Shown here: positions 13,861-26,001 of the stretch, one piece after another | Layout of the letters: the number at the start of each line of letters is the position of its first letter | How positions within the stretch are numbered: the first letter of the stretch is position 1 | DNA from: Hemiscyllium ocellatum | Lineage: Eukaryota | Direction of reading: 5' to 3' | DNA length: 64,000 nucleotides | NCBI RefSeq assembly: GCF_020745735.1 | Contig: NC_083444.1 | Span: forward strand, 7,508,338 to 7,572,337 | The notes under the pieces: generated by a model | Told to the model about the DNA's origin: nothing | The model's database searches: none | Seen by the model: the letters and a program-made list of their open reading frames with translations, nothing else | Program-made: the position numbers and the translations under genes

Positions 13861-14881
13861 CCTGCACGTCTTTGGACAGTGGGAGGAAACCAGAGCAAAT
13901 CCGCACAGACACGGGAGAATATGCAAACTCTACACAGACAATCACCCGAGGGTGGGATCGAACCCAAGTCCCTGGCATTATGAGGCAGCAGTACTAACTA
14001 ATGAGCCACCATGCCACACTGAAACACCCCTTTCCCACTTTCAGCCCACAATTAAGACGACAGGATGGTTAAAGGTTCAGGAGTCTCAACACTGTTGATT
14101 GAATGAGAGAATCAAGTGTCTAACTGCTGACACTCACCCACAGAGAGAGAGACAGACAGACAGCAATGACTACATACCTATTGACAGCTCTCTATGTTTC
14201 TAAGATATTATAAGGTTTGTAAACAAACACAGACAGTAGGAATAGCCTGAGGACCTTTCATGCTTTAATATGTTCAGTTCTAATCATCTGACTCATCGCT
14301 GTTCCTGCTTTCCCCCCATATCCTTTAACCCTAAGAACCCTTTTTGAAAACATTAACTGCTTTGGCCTCAACTGCTTTCTGTGGCAGAGAATCCCACAGG
14401 GTCCCCAATCTCTGCTGAAACCATTTCTCCTCATCTCAGTCCTGTTCCGTCTCCTTTAAGTCTGTGACCCCCCTGGCCTGAACTCCCCCGCCATCAGGAA
14501 CATCTTTCTCTCATTGACTTCCCCCCACCCCACACATTCTTCTAAACTCAAGTGAATACCACTACCCCCCTCACATTCTTGTAAACTCAAGTGAATACAA
14601 TCTGAACCTATTCAATCGCTCCTCACACATCAGTTCTGCCATCCCAGGACTCAGTCTGGTAAATCTTCATTAAACTCCCTCCATCGGCAGAACGCCCTTC
14701 CTCAGATAAGGAGACCAAAACTGCACGCAATGCACAATCCAGTCACACCAAGATTCTGTATAATTGCAGCAAAACATCCCAGCTCCTGGACTCGAATTGT
14801 CTCTCTATGAAGGCCGATGTGCCATTGCCCTTCTCCACTACCTGCTCGACCTACAATGCTTACCTTCAGCAACTGGTGTCT

Positions 14882-15180
14882 GGGCGGCACGGCGGCACAG
14901 TGGTTAGCACTGCTGCCTCACAGTGCCGGAGACCCGGGTTCAATTCCCGCCTCAGGCAGACTGACTGTGTGGAGTTTGCACGTTCTCCCGTGTCTGCGTG
15001 GGTTTCCTCCGGGTGCTCTGGTTTCCTCCCACAGTCACAAAGATGTGCAGGTCGGGTGAATTGGCCATGCTAAATTGCCTGACGTGTTAGGTTAGGGGTA
15101 TGGGTGGGTTGTGCTTCGGTGGGTCAGTGTGGACTTGTTGGGCCGAAGGGCCTGTTTCCACACTGTAAATAATCTAATCT
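14882..15180 (+). mobile_element. HE1/V-SINE, full length
   Basis: Same head, core and tail as 801-1114. Confidence 0.85.
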
Positions 15181-15390
15181 CAGGTCTCATTACCTCTCTC
15201 CCCATTCAAGTAATAATCTACCTTCCTGTATTTGTTACCGAAGTGAATGACCTGAATTCGATTCCACCTTCGGGTGACTGTCTGTGTAGAGTTTGCATAT
15301 TCTCTCCGTGTCTGCATGCGTTTGCTCCAGTTTCCTCCCACTGTCCAAAGACGTGTAGGTTAAGGTGGATTGACTTCACATTATACTCTG

Positions 15391-15720
15391 GGGCGGCACG
15401 GTGGCTCAGTGGTTACTGCTGCCTCAGAGCGCCAGGGACCTGGGTTTGATCCCAGCCTCGGGTGACTGTCTGTGTGGAATTTGGACATTCTCCCCGTGTC
15501 TGTGCGGGGCTCCTCTGGGTGCTCCAGTTTCCTCCCAGAGGCAAAGATGTGCAGGTTAGGTGAATTGGTCACGCTAAATTTCCCATAGTGTTCTGGAACG
15601 TGTAGTTGCATTAGTCAGGGGTAAATATAGGGGAGGGGGAATGGGTCTGGGTGGGTTACTCTTCGGAGGGTCGGTGTGGATTTGTTGGGCTGAAGCGTCT
15701 GTTTCCACGCTGTAGGGATT
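15391..15720 (+). mobile_element. HE1/V-SINE, older subfamily
   Basis: Diverged head and core with the same 3' end. Confidence 0.75.
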
Positions 15721-16040
15721 CCGAGAAAAGGTGAGGTCTGCAGATTCTATGATTCTCATCTGCTGTGCATTTGCTCACTCTCTCAACTCGTCCAAATCGC
15801 ACTGAGGGACCTCTGCACCCTCCTCACAGCCCACCCTTTCACTCAGCTTGTGTGAGCTCTGCCAACTCAGAGATATCGCGTTTCGTTTCCCCTATTGACA
15901 TCATTAATCGGGAATAGCTGGGGCCCAGGCATCAATCCCTGAGGTACCGGATTCCGTTTATAACCGTGTAGATTTATAAGTAACATTCACACCACACAAC
16001 TCGTGGTGTCTTTATTCAGTCACAAGAGGAGGACATTGCT

Positions 16041-16370
16041 GGACAGGCCCAGCATTTATTGCCCATCCCTAATTGTCCAGAGGGCAGTTGAGAGTCAATC
16101 ACATTGGGCTGTGGGTCTGGAGTCACATCCAGGCCAGACGAGGTAAGGATGGCAGTTTCCTTCCCTAAAGGGGATCAGTTAACCTGATAGATGCCCCACC
16201 CCCACCGAACAATCAATTGGACTGTTAACAATATCAGACTGTTAATTCCAGACTTTTACTGAATTTAAATTCCACCATTTGCCGTGGTGGGATTCAAACC
16301 CAAGTCTCCAGAATATTGCCTGGCTCTCAGGATTAACAGTCCAGCGACAATACTACTAGGCCACTGAATC
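16041..16370 (-). mobile_element. Deu-domain SINE-like fragment
   Basis: Reverse complement contains agggaaggaaactgccatccttacc...tggcctggatgtgactccagacccacagc, resembling the DeuSINE core. Related pieces at about 23775-23940 and 56113-56250. Family assignment is from memory. Confidence 0.45.
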
Positions 16371-16379
16371 TCTGAATGC

Positions 16380-17100
16380 CAGGCAAAGACCATCAAGAGA
16401 CGATTTAACCACCGCCTCTTAACATTCAATAGTGTTGCCGTTACTAAACCCCTGCCCCCACTCCCAATATCAACATCCTTGGAGTTACAACTGACCAGAA
16501 ACTGAACTGGACTCACTGCATACACACAGTGAGTCCAAGAGCAGGTCAGAGGTTAGGAATAGTGTGGTGAGTAACCCACCTCCTAACAACCCAAAGTCTG
16601 TCCACCATCAACAATGTGCAAGTCTTTAAGTGAAGGAATACTCCCCACTTGCTGGGAACAGCTCCAACAACCCTTGAGAAACTCAACATCATCCAGCTCA
16701 CCCCCCCAACTTGATTGGCACCACATCCATTCCCTCCAACACCGACCCTCAGTAGCAGCAGTATGTCCCATCTACAAGATGCACTGCATAACTTCACCCA
16801 AGATGAAGGAGCACCTTCCAAACCCATGACCACTTCCATCTAGAAGGAGAAGGGCAGCAGATCCAAGGGAACACCACCCCCTGCAAGATCCTCTCTGACC
16901 CCTTCACCATCCCGACTTGAAAATGTTCCTTCAGTGGTCGCTGGGTCAGAATCCCGGAGCTCCCTCCCTAATGGCGCTGTGTGGGTGTCCCTACACCACA
17001 TGGGGCTGCAGTGATTCAAGAAGGCAACTCACCTCCACTTTCACATTGGGCAATAAATGCTGGGCCCAGCCAGTGATGACTACATCCCACAAGTCAATCA
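16380..17100 (+). mobile_element. CR1/L2-clade LINE 3' fragment
   Basis: Homologous to 300-780 and 1115-1360. Confidence 0.75.
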
Positions 17101-17169
17101 AAGGGATTACACAGGATGGCGGTTAGTCAGAAGAGAGGGATAGGGAGAGGAGGGGGATACTTGGTAGTG

Positions 17170-17880
17170 TGGATTAATACTTAGTAGTGTGGATGAGCAG
17201 AGGGATCTTGGTGTCCATGTACACAGATCTCTGAAAGTTGCCACACAGGTAAAAAGTGCTGTGAAGAAGGCATAATGGCGTACTGGCTTTTATTGGTAGA
17301 GGAATTGAGTTCCGGAGTCCTGAGGTCATGTTGCAGTTGTATAAGACTCTGGTGCGGCCGCATCTGGAGTATTGTGCGCAGTTTTGGTCGCCATACTATA
17401 GGAAGGATGTGGAGGCACTGGAACGGGTGCAGAGGAGGTTTACCAGGATGTTGCCTGGTATGGTAGGAAGATCGTATGAGGAAAGGCTGAGGCACTTGGG
17501 GCTGTTTTCATTGGAGAAAAGAAGGTTTAGGGGTGACTTGATAGAGATGTACAAGATGATTAGGGGTTTAGATAGGGTTGACCATGAGAACCTTTTTCCA
17601 CGTATGGAGTCAAATATTACAAGGGGGCATAGCTTTAAATTAAGGGGTAGTAGGTATAGGACAGATGTTAGGGGTAGATTCTTTACTCAGCGAGTCGTGA
17701 GTTCATGGAATGCCCTGCCAGTAACAGTGGTGAACCCTCCCTCTTTATGGGCATTTAAATGGGCATTGGATAGGTATATGGAGGAAAGTGGGCTAGTGTA
17801 GGTTAGGTGGGCTTGGATCGGCGCAACATCGAGGGCCGAAGGGCCTGTACTGCGCTGTATTTTTCCATGTTCTATGTTCT
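17170..17880 (+). mobile_element. CR1 LINE 3' fragment
   Basis: ORF 17328-17801 (LYKTLVRPHLEYCAQFWSPYYRKD...) and a ttctatg tail. Confidence 0.9.
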
Positions 17881-17930
17881 ATAATGACAATGTTTCTTGC
17901 TGTTACTGACCTGGTGCATAGGGAATCCCA

Positions 17931-18001
17931 TCAACTGAACAGAGGAACAAGGGCCAATCCCATCAGCAGAAGAATGCTGGGTATTGTAGCTTCAGCTGCG
18001 T
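17931..18001 (-). CDS. Coding exon 3: C-terminal GPI-anchor signal
   Basis: Acceptor gtgttttcacag| at 18002. In frame with the V exon it reads N-AAEATIPSILLLMGLALVPLFS-stop: small omega residues, short spacer, hydrophobic tail, no cytoplasmic residues. A donor CAG|GTCAGT follows 20 nt after the stop (exon 17911-18001). Confidence 0.8.
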
Positions 18002-18194
18002 CTGTGAAAACACCCCACATAAAAAAAAAACAAAGGTATTTATTGGTTTCTGGTCTCAACCCTCACCCTCTTCCCCTTCCTACATAAACCCACCCCATCA
18101 AACAGCGTCCTTCCTAACAGCACCCCTCCCCCCACCCCCCCCCCCCCACCCCCCCAATCCCTCTCTGATGCACTGCCCCTCATTATTGACTCAA

Positions 18195-19365
18195 CCCTGA
18201 GGCAAGGAAGAGGTGAGTGTGGACGAGGGATAGGAGAAGTGGGGGAGCAAGAGCAGAAGGAAGGCTGGGAGGTGGAGGGAATAGGGGAGAGAGGGGAAGA
18301 AAGAGGGAGAGAACAAGAGGAGGGAGGAACGAGAGAGAGGGAGGAAATGTGAAAGAGAGGTACAGGGAAGAGAGAAAGAAAGAGAGTTAAAATGAGGAGG
18401 GGGGAATGGGAGAGAGAGAACGGAAAGTGGAAGAGAGATGGGGAAAGAGAGTAACAATGAAGAGTGGGGTAATGAGAGAAAGGAGGGAGAGTGGAAGAGT
18501 GATGGAGAAAGAAAAAGAAAGGGAGAAAAAGAGGAGGTGAAGGGGACAGAAGGGAGAGAGTGTGGTTGAGAAATAGAGGGAAGAGAGAAGGTCAGAAAAG
18601 GGAAAAAAAGAGGACAGGAGGAACAAAAGGGAGGGTGGAAGAGTGAAAGAGAGATATAGAGAAGAGAGAAAAACAGAATGGGAGAATGAAGTGGGGAATG
18701 GAAGCAAGGAGAGGAGGAGGGAGGGGAAATAGAAGAGAGATCGAGGAGAGAGAAATGGGACAGAAAAGGAGGAAGGGGAATGACTGAGAGGGAGGAAGAT
18801 GGGAAGACAGATAAAGGAAACAGAAATGGACAGAAAACAGAAAGGAGGAGGGAAATGTGAGAAAGGAAGAGAGGAGTGAGAGTGGAAGAGAGTTAGAGGA
18901 AAGAGAGAAAGGAAAAGAGGAAAACGAGGAGGGAGGTACTGACAGAGAGAGAGGAAGACGGGTGAGAAGGAGAGTGGAAGAGAAATGGAAGAAAGAGAGA
19001 AAGGAAGAGAGGGAAAAATGAGGGGTACAGAGAGAGAAAGGGAGGAAGAGGGGTAAGGATGAGAAGAAGAGAAGAAGGGATAAAGGAAGAAACAAAAGGT
19101 TGGAAAACGATGGCAGAAGTGAAGCAGGAAGATTGGAAGAGAGTGAATGTGGAAGTACACAGGGAGAAAATGGAGGGAGGGAAAAACTGCAGAGAGAAAG
19201 GAGAATGAAAGAGGAGATGGGCAGAGAGAAAGAGAGAAGGAAAGGGGGAAATAGATGGACAGAAAGCAAGAGAAAGAGAAATGCTGGGAGGAAGTAGGAT
19301 TGACTGACAGAGAGGGATAGAGAGAGGGAGAGAGACAGAGAGAGAGACAGAGAGAGAGAAGAGAG
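18195..19365. repeat. 1.15-kb polypurine (GA-rich) low-complexity tract
   Basis: Nearly pure A/G on the plus strand. Confidence 0.9.
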
Positions 19366-21190
19366 GCACCTTCAACTATCAGCGAAACTCTCAGAGATAG
19401 CTCAGTCCCTGCTGAGAGTCAGAGGGCATGGAAACAGGCCCTTCGGCCCAATTCCTCCATAAAAACCGGGATTCCTAGTCCCGATTGAACTAATCCCATT
19501 TGCCAGCACTTGGCCCCTATCCCTCTAAACCCTTCCTATTCATCTACCCATCCAGATGCCCTTTAAATGTTATAATTGTACCAGCCTCCACCACTTCCTT
19601 TGGCAGCTCGTTCCATACACACAGCATCCACTCCATGAAAAACCTTTTAATTTTTCTCCTCTCATCTTAAACCTACGGCCTCTAGTTTTGAACTCCCCTA
19701 CCGTGGGGAAAAGACCTTGGCTTTTCACCCTATTCCTGCCCCTCATGATTTTATAAGCCTCTATAAGGTTTCCCCTCAGCCTCTGATGCTTCAGTGAAAG
19801 ATGTCCCAGTCTCTCCTTATAACTCAAACCCTCCAGTCTTGGTAATATCTTTGTAAATGCTTTTAATTCTCCCTTTTGATGTTTAATAATAGCCTTCTTA
19901 TAGCAGGGTGAAGGGGATCCTATGAAGTGCTCCAAATGTGACCTCACCAATGTCTTCCATAGTGTTCCCAACTCCTGTACTCAATGCTCTGACTGATGAT
20001 GGTAAGCATGCCTAATGCCCTCTTCGCTCCTCTGCCTACTTGTGACGCCACTTTCAAGGCACCCGCGTACCTGCACACCTAGGTCTCCCTGTTCAAAGGC
20101 ACAACCCAGGGCACTGAGTAAGTCCTGCCCTGGTTTTTCTTACTAAAATGCAACATCTGAATTCAACCCCGTTTAGACCATGAGACGTAGGAGCAGAAAT
20201 TAGGCCTTTCAGCCCATTGAGTCTGCTCTGCCATTCAATCATGGCTGATAGGTTTTTCAATCTCATTCTCCCCATAACCCTTAGTCCCTTTGATACTCAA
20301 GAACTTACCTTTCTCCGTCTTAAATACACTCAATAACCTGACCTACACAGCCTTCTGTGGCAATGAATCCCATCGATTCACCACTCTCTGGCTGACGAAG
20401 TTTCCTCTGACTGCCCTCCTAAATGGTCTTCCCTTTACTCTAAGGATGTGCCTTCAGGTCCTCCTGCGAATGGAAAATCTTCCCAATGCCCTTTCTGTGC
20501 TGTATTCTGTAAGTTTCAATCAGATACCACCTCCCCCCCACCCCCACATTCCCTCACCGCCCCCCCACCTAACCCCATCCTTCTAAACACTATCGAGTAT
20601 AGTCCCAGAATCATGGAGTCATAGAGATATACAGCACAGAAACAGACCCTTCGGTCCAACTCAATCCATGCTGACCAGATATCCCAACCTAATCTAATCC
20701 CATTTGCCAGCACTTGACCCATATCCCTCTTAACCCTTCCTATTCATATAACTATCCAGGTGCCCTTTAAATGTTGGAATTGTACCAGCCTCCACCACTT
20801 CCTCTGGTAGCTCATTCTATACGCGCACCATCCTCTGTGTGAATAAGTTAACCCTTATGTCCCTTTTCTATCTTTCCCCTCTCACTGTATACCTATGCCC
20901 TCTAGTTCTGGAGCCCCACCCCAGGGAAAAGACCTTGCCACCCCCCCCCATGATTTTATAAACCTCTGTAAGGTCACCCCTCAGCCTCTGACGCTCCAGG
21001 GAAAATAGCCACGGCCTTTTCAGCCTCTCCCTTTAGTTCAAACCCTCCAACCCCGGCCCCAATCTTATTTGCCATCCCTTGGCATCGTTCACATTTCCGT
21101 CCCAGCTGGTGGGAGACTCCCTTTCTCCGGGTGGGGAAGAGAAACCCGGTGATGCCCCTTGCAGTCGAGCAGCCAGGCGAAATTGCTCAC

Positions 21191-21559
21191 TTGGAGTGAC
21201 GGTCAGCTTGACGTCAGTGCAGATGCTGGAAGCGGGGGGCCTCTGGGTGGTCACGTGGCACTCGTAATTCCCGGTGTCATTGAGTGAGAGGTGGGTGAGG
21301 CGCAGTGACACGTCTTTCGTCTCGAACCAACTGGCCAACAGCGAGGTGCGCCCTGCGAACTCCCTGTCCTGGCCCGCGTTCTCCCTGTCCATCTCGCGCA
21401 TGTGGACCACCAGCAGAGTGCCGTGCTCGGCCTTCTTCTGCCACAGCGCCCGCCGTGTCTCGGGCGCCGAACCCGTCCAGTTGAAGGCGCACGGCATCGT
21501 CACCGTTGCTCCGACACTCGCGGTCAGCTCTTCGACCCTCGGAGTGCAGCTCAGCGGCG
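21191..21559 (-). CDS. Coding exon 2: Ig V-set domain (B7/butyrophilin/MOG-like)
   Basis: 369-nt phase 1-1 exon, acceptor ttctgcttctgcccag|, donor CCAA|GTGAGC, visibly CpG-rich. V-frame motifs: ASVGATVTMPC (B-strand Cys), ALWQK (C-strand Trp), QDREFAGRTSL, DVSLRLTHL, DTGNYEC (F-strand Cys), VKLTV. In frame with the leader exon. Confidence 0.92.
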
Positions 21560-24134
21560 CTGGGCAGAAGCAGAATTTAAAATGAAAGCACTCACGGTTC
21601 TCAGAAGCAAACAAGCTGAAAGGGTTCGGACAGGGGTCTGGAGGGTTTGAGTTATAGGGACAGTACGGATAGAATCATACAATTCCTATAGTGTGGAAAC
21701 AGGCCCTTTGGCCCAACCTGTCCGCACGGACCCTCCAAAGAGTAACCCACCCAGACTCATTCCCCTCCCCGATTACTCCACATTCCCCCTGAGTAGTGCA
21801 CCAAACCTATACACCCCTGAACACGATACAGCATGGCCGATTCACCCTAACCTGCACATAGAGATGTACAGCACAGAAACAGACCCTTCAGTCCAATGCT
21901 GACCAGATATCCCAACCTAATCTTGTTCCATTTGCCAGCACTTGGCCCATATCCCTCAAAACCCTTCCTATTCATATCCCCATCCAGATGCCTCTTAAAT
22001 GTTGTAATTGTACCAGCCTCCACTACTTCCTCTGGCAGCTCATTCCATACACGCACCACCCTCTGTGTGAAGAAGTTGCCCCTTATGTCCCTTTTATATC
22101 TTTCCCCTCTCACCCTGAACCTATGCCCTCTAGTTCTAGACTCCCCCACCTCAGGGAAAATGAGTTTGTCTGTTTACCTTATCCATCCACGTCGGCAGGG
22201 GGAGAATGTGCAAATTCCACACAGACAGTCACCTGAAACTGGAATTGAACCTGGGTCCCTAACGCTGTAGGGCAGCAGTACTACCCACTGAGTCACCTTG
22301 CCACCCCATTCATATTATTTGCGCACCTTTGAATTGTGGGAGGAAACCAGAGCATCCAGAACCAGGCAGACATGGAAGAATGTGCAAACTCCACAGAGAT
22401 AGGATAGGCTAGGGTCGTTTTCTCTGGAGGGTTGGAGGCTGAGGTGTGACATTATGGAAGTTTATAAACTCTTGAAGGGCATGGATAGGGTGAATAGACA
22501 AGGTCTTTTCCCCAGTGTAGCGGAGTCCAAAACTAGAGGGCAGAGGTTTAAGGTGACAGGGGAAAGATCCAAAAGAGACCTACGGGGCAACTTTTACCTG
22601 CAGAGGGTGGTGCATGTATGGAACGAGCTGCCAGAGGAGATGGTGGAGGTCGGTACAATTACAACATTTAAAAGGCATCTGGATGGGTATACAAATAGGA
22701 AGGTTTTAGAGGGACATGGGCCAAGTGCTGACAAATGGAACTGGATTAATTTAGAATCTGGTCGGCATGGACGGTTTGAATCGAAGTGTCTGTTTCTGTG
22801 CTGTATGATTCAATTTGCCTGGCAACAATGTACTGAACCATCTCAGGACTGGGGGATACTTATCGATGACAGAGATAGCTCTGTCTGCTTACAGCTGTGC
22901 GATTGGTTCTTCAGTAAATGAGCAACGTTTAGCTGGGAATAAGTTACAGAGAGAGAGAGTAGAAGTGTTCATATCATCCCAGCTCAGGAACAGTCTACCT
23001 GTTCTCTGCAGTAAAAAGGCACTGCGTAACCGAGCAAAAATTGGCTTTCTTTCCTCTGCCATAGTAACTGAGAGCTGTGACTTTTACCTGATAAGTCACA
23101 GGCTCTTTACAAGTGAACAGGTTACTCTATATCTCTTATGGATTACTGGGAGCATCCGGAGAAAGATGACTAAAGTACTATGCTAGCCAGCAGAAGAGTT
23201 AGAAAAATCATCTCAACAATAGAACTTAGAACAGTGATGGCTGAACTGTCCTTTTAGTCTTTCACCTNNNNNNNNNNNNNNNNNNNNNNNNNNNNNNNNN
23301 NNNNNNNNNNNNNNNNNNNNNNNNNNNNNNNNNNNNNNNNNNNNNNNNNNNNNNNNNNNNNNNNNNNNNNNNNNNNNNNNNNNNNNNNNNNNNNNNNNNN
23401 NNNNNNNNNNNCTGTCTGTGTGTCTGTGTGTGAAAGGAGGGATTTATTATAGGTTTAATTGGTATTGTTATGTCATTCACAATAATTGTATATAGTTTAT
23501 ATAATCCTGACAGTCTATAACTCTTTACCTGTAGTTAAAATCTACTTACTGACACTAAACAGTAATTCTAGTTTGCTTATAGAAACCGAATCTATTGAAC
23601 TGGGTCTGAAAGTCAGGTAAATTTCAGAACTTAGTGATTTTTATTTTAAAAAGACTTTAACTTTTGTGACAAATCTGGAATAGCAAAGTTTGATTTCCAG
23701 CTGACTATCCCAGTGAGACGTGAGAAATTATTAACACTCTCACACACACTCAAATGCACTCTCTCTCGCATATTAATACTTGGCTGGTGAACCATTGTTG
23801 ATTGATGAATAAACTCATTCTGTTCGCGAATGCTCCTCAGGGAAGGAAATCTGCCATCCTTACCCAGTCTGGCCTACACGCGACTCCAAACTGCCAATGC
23901 GATCGCCTCTTAGCTGCCCTCTGAAATGGCCAACTCAGTTTCGGTCATGAGGTCTCGGAAAGGAGATGAAACTGACCAAGCACTGACCCTAGGCACCAGA
24001 TAAGACAACAGCAGGAACAGTCCCACCAACCCTGAAAAGTCCTCCTTACTATTGGGGTCTAGTACTAAATAGGGAGAGCTGCCTCACAGACTAGTCAAGC
24101 AACAGGCTGACACAGTCATACTCCCAGGTTCAAA

Positions 24135-24625
24135 TTGTAAGTTTGCTTGCTGAACTGGTGGGTTTGTCTTCAGATGGTTCATCACCATGCTAGGTAACGT
24201 CATCAGTCAGCCTTGTGTGAAGCGCTGGTGTTCTGTCCTGCTTTCTATTTATGTGTCTGGGTGGCTGATATCATTTACGTTTCTTTATCTCAGAGGTTGG
24301 AAAATGGGGTCCAAATCGATACGTTGATTGATGGAGTTCCGGTTTGAGTGCCAGGTCTCTGGGAATTCCCGTGTGTCTCGCTGTTTAGCCTGTCCCAGGC
24401 TAGATGTGTTGTCTCAGTTGACCATTAACACATCAATTTGGACCCCATTTACCAACCGCTGATGTCACCCATCTTAACAGACCAAGACACAGAAACTGAA
24501 AGCGGGACAGAACATCAGTGCTTCACCAGAGGCTCACTGATGATGTTACCTAGCATGGTGATGAAACATCTGAAAACAAACTGACCAGCTCAGTGAGCAC
24601 ACTTACAACCTGAACCTCAAACCTT
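24135..24625. mobile_element. Penelope-like fragment bounded by inverted terminal repeats with decayed hammerhead motifs
   Basis: About 24150-24240 is the reverse complement of about 24505-24600. Hammerhead-like TCA CTGATGA T GTTACC-TAGCAT-GGTGAT GAAACATC TGA at 24534-24573. The interior resembles a GIY-YIG C-terminus. Confidence 0.7.
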
Positions 24626-25695
24626 CTCAAAAACTGCATATTCGCAGAATTACCAGAGAGTTGAGTCCACACCATCCCTCTGAAGAGCATCCCAACCTAA
24701 TCCTATTATCCTACATTTACTACGGCTAATCCACACATCCCTGGGCACCATGAGGGCAATTTAGCATGGCCAATCTACCACCTAACCTGCACACCTTTGG
24801 ACCATGGGAAGAAACCCATGCAGACACAGGGTTTCCACACAGATAAGGTGGGGGGGGGGGGGGGGGGGGGGGATCGAACCCAGATCCCTGGTACTTGGAG
24901 GAAGCAGTGCTAACCACTGAGCACCCATGATGCTCTTTTACGTGACCAACTTCTCATTGTAACCCAAATCTTCCATTGCCAGTAAATCACTTCTGAACCT
25001 TCTCCAACTTAATAATAACCTTTCTATAACAGGGCGAATGGGATCGGACACAGTACCTCAGAAGAAGTCTCACCAACATCCTTATTTACCTTATCACATC
25101 CAATTATACCTTACAATGTCCCAGACTCAACCATCGCCATCCCTGGATAAGTCCTGACCCACTGGCAGGACAGACCTAGCAAAGGTGGCAGCACAATAGG
25201 ATACAATTGGGAGGGAGTTGACCTGGGAGTCCTCAAATGCTTTCTTTATTATCCTATCTACCTGTGACTCTACTTTCAAGGAACTATGAACCTGCACGCC
25301 AAGGTCTCTTTGTTCAACAACACTCCCTAGGATCCTACCATTAAGTCCTGCCCTGATTTGCCTTTCCAAAATGCAGCACCTCACACTTACCATCTGCCAC
25401 TCCTCAGCCCACTGGCCCATCTGATCAAAGTCCCATTGTACTCTGAGGTAAGCTTCTTCGCTGTCCACCACACCAACAACTTTGGTGTCATCTGCAAACT
25501 TACAAACCATACCTCTTACGTTCACATCCAAATCGTTTACATTAGTTGTGGACAATATGACCTAGCTATCCCTGTCCCCATCCTCATTTGGTAGACTACT
25601 TAGCACAGGGAAGATGGTTGTGATTGTTGTGGGGGAGGTCAGTCATCTCAGTTCCAGGAGATCTCTGGAGGAGCTCCTCAGAGTAAACATATTAC

Positions 25696-26001
25696 GGGCG
25701 GCATGGTGGTACAGTGGTTAGCACTGCTGCCTCACAGTGCCAGGGACCTGGGTTCAATTCCCACCTCAGGTGACAGACTGTGTGGAGTTTGCACGTTCTC
25801 CCCGTGTCTGCGTGGGTTTCCTCCGGGTGCTCCGGTTTCCTCCCACAGTCCAAAGATGTGCGGGTCAGGTGAATTGGCCATGCTAAATTGCCCGTAGTGT
25901 TAGGTAAGGGGTATGGGTGGGTTGCGCTTCGGCGGGTCGGTGTGGACTTGTTGGGGTGAAGGGCCTGTTTCCACACTGTAAATAATCTAATCTAATCTAA
26001 T
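25696..26001 (+). mobile_element. HE1/V-SINE, full length
   Basis: Head, core and (AATCT)n tail intact. Confidence 0.85.

Noticed and set aside
14882-14960. tRNA-like A/B boxes at SINE heads
   Set aside because: These are the tRNA-derived promoters of SINEs, not tRNA genes.
18191-19375. Long hydrophobic Leu/Ser/Phe/Pro ORFs resembling multi-pass membrane proteins (also 30369-32619 and 58335-59404)
   Set aside because: Low-complexity CT/GA tracts translate this way in every frame.
21209-21216. Perfect CRE palindrome TGACGTCA inside the V exon
   Set aside because: Explained by the codons for T-D-V-K; no independent support for a regulatory role.
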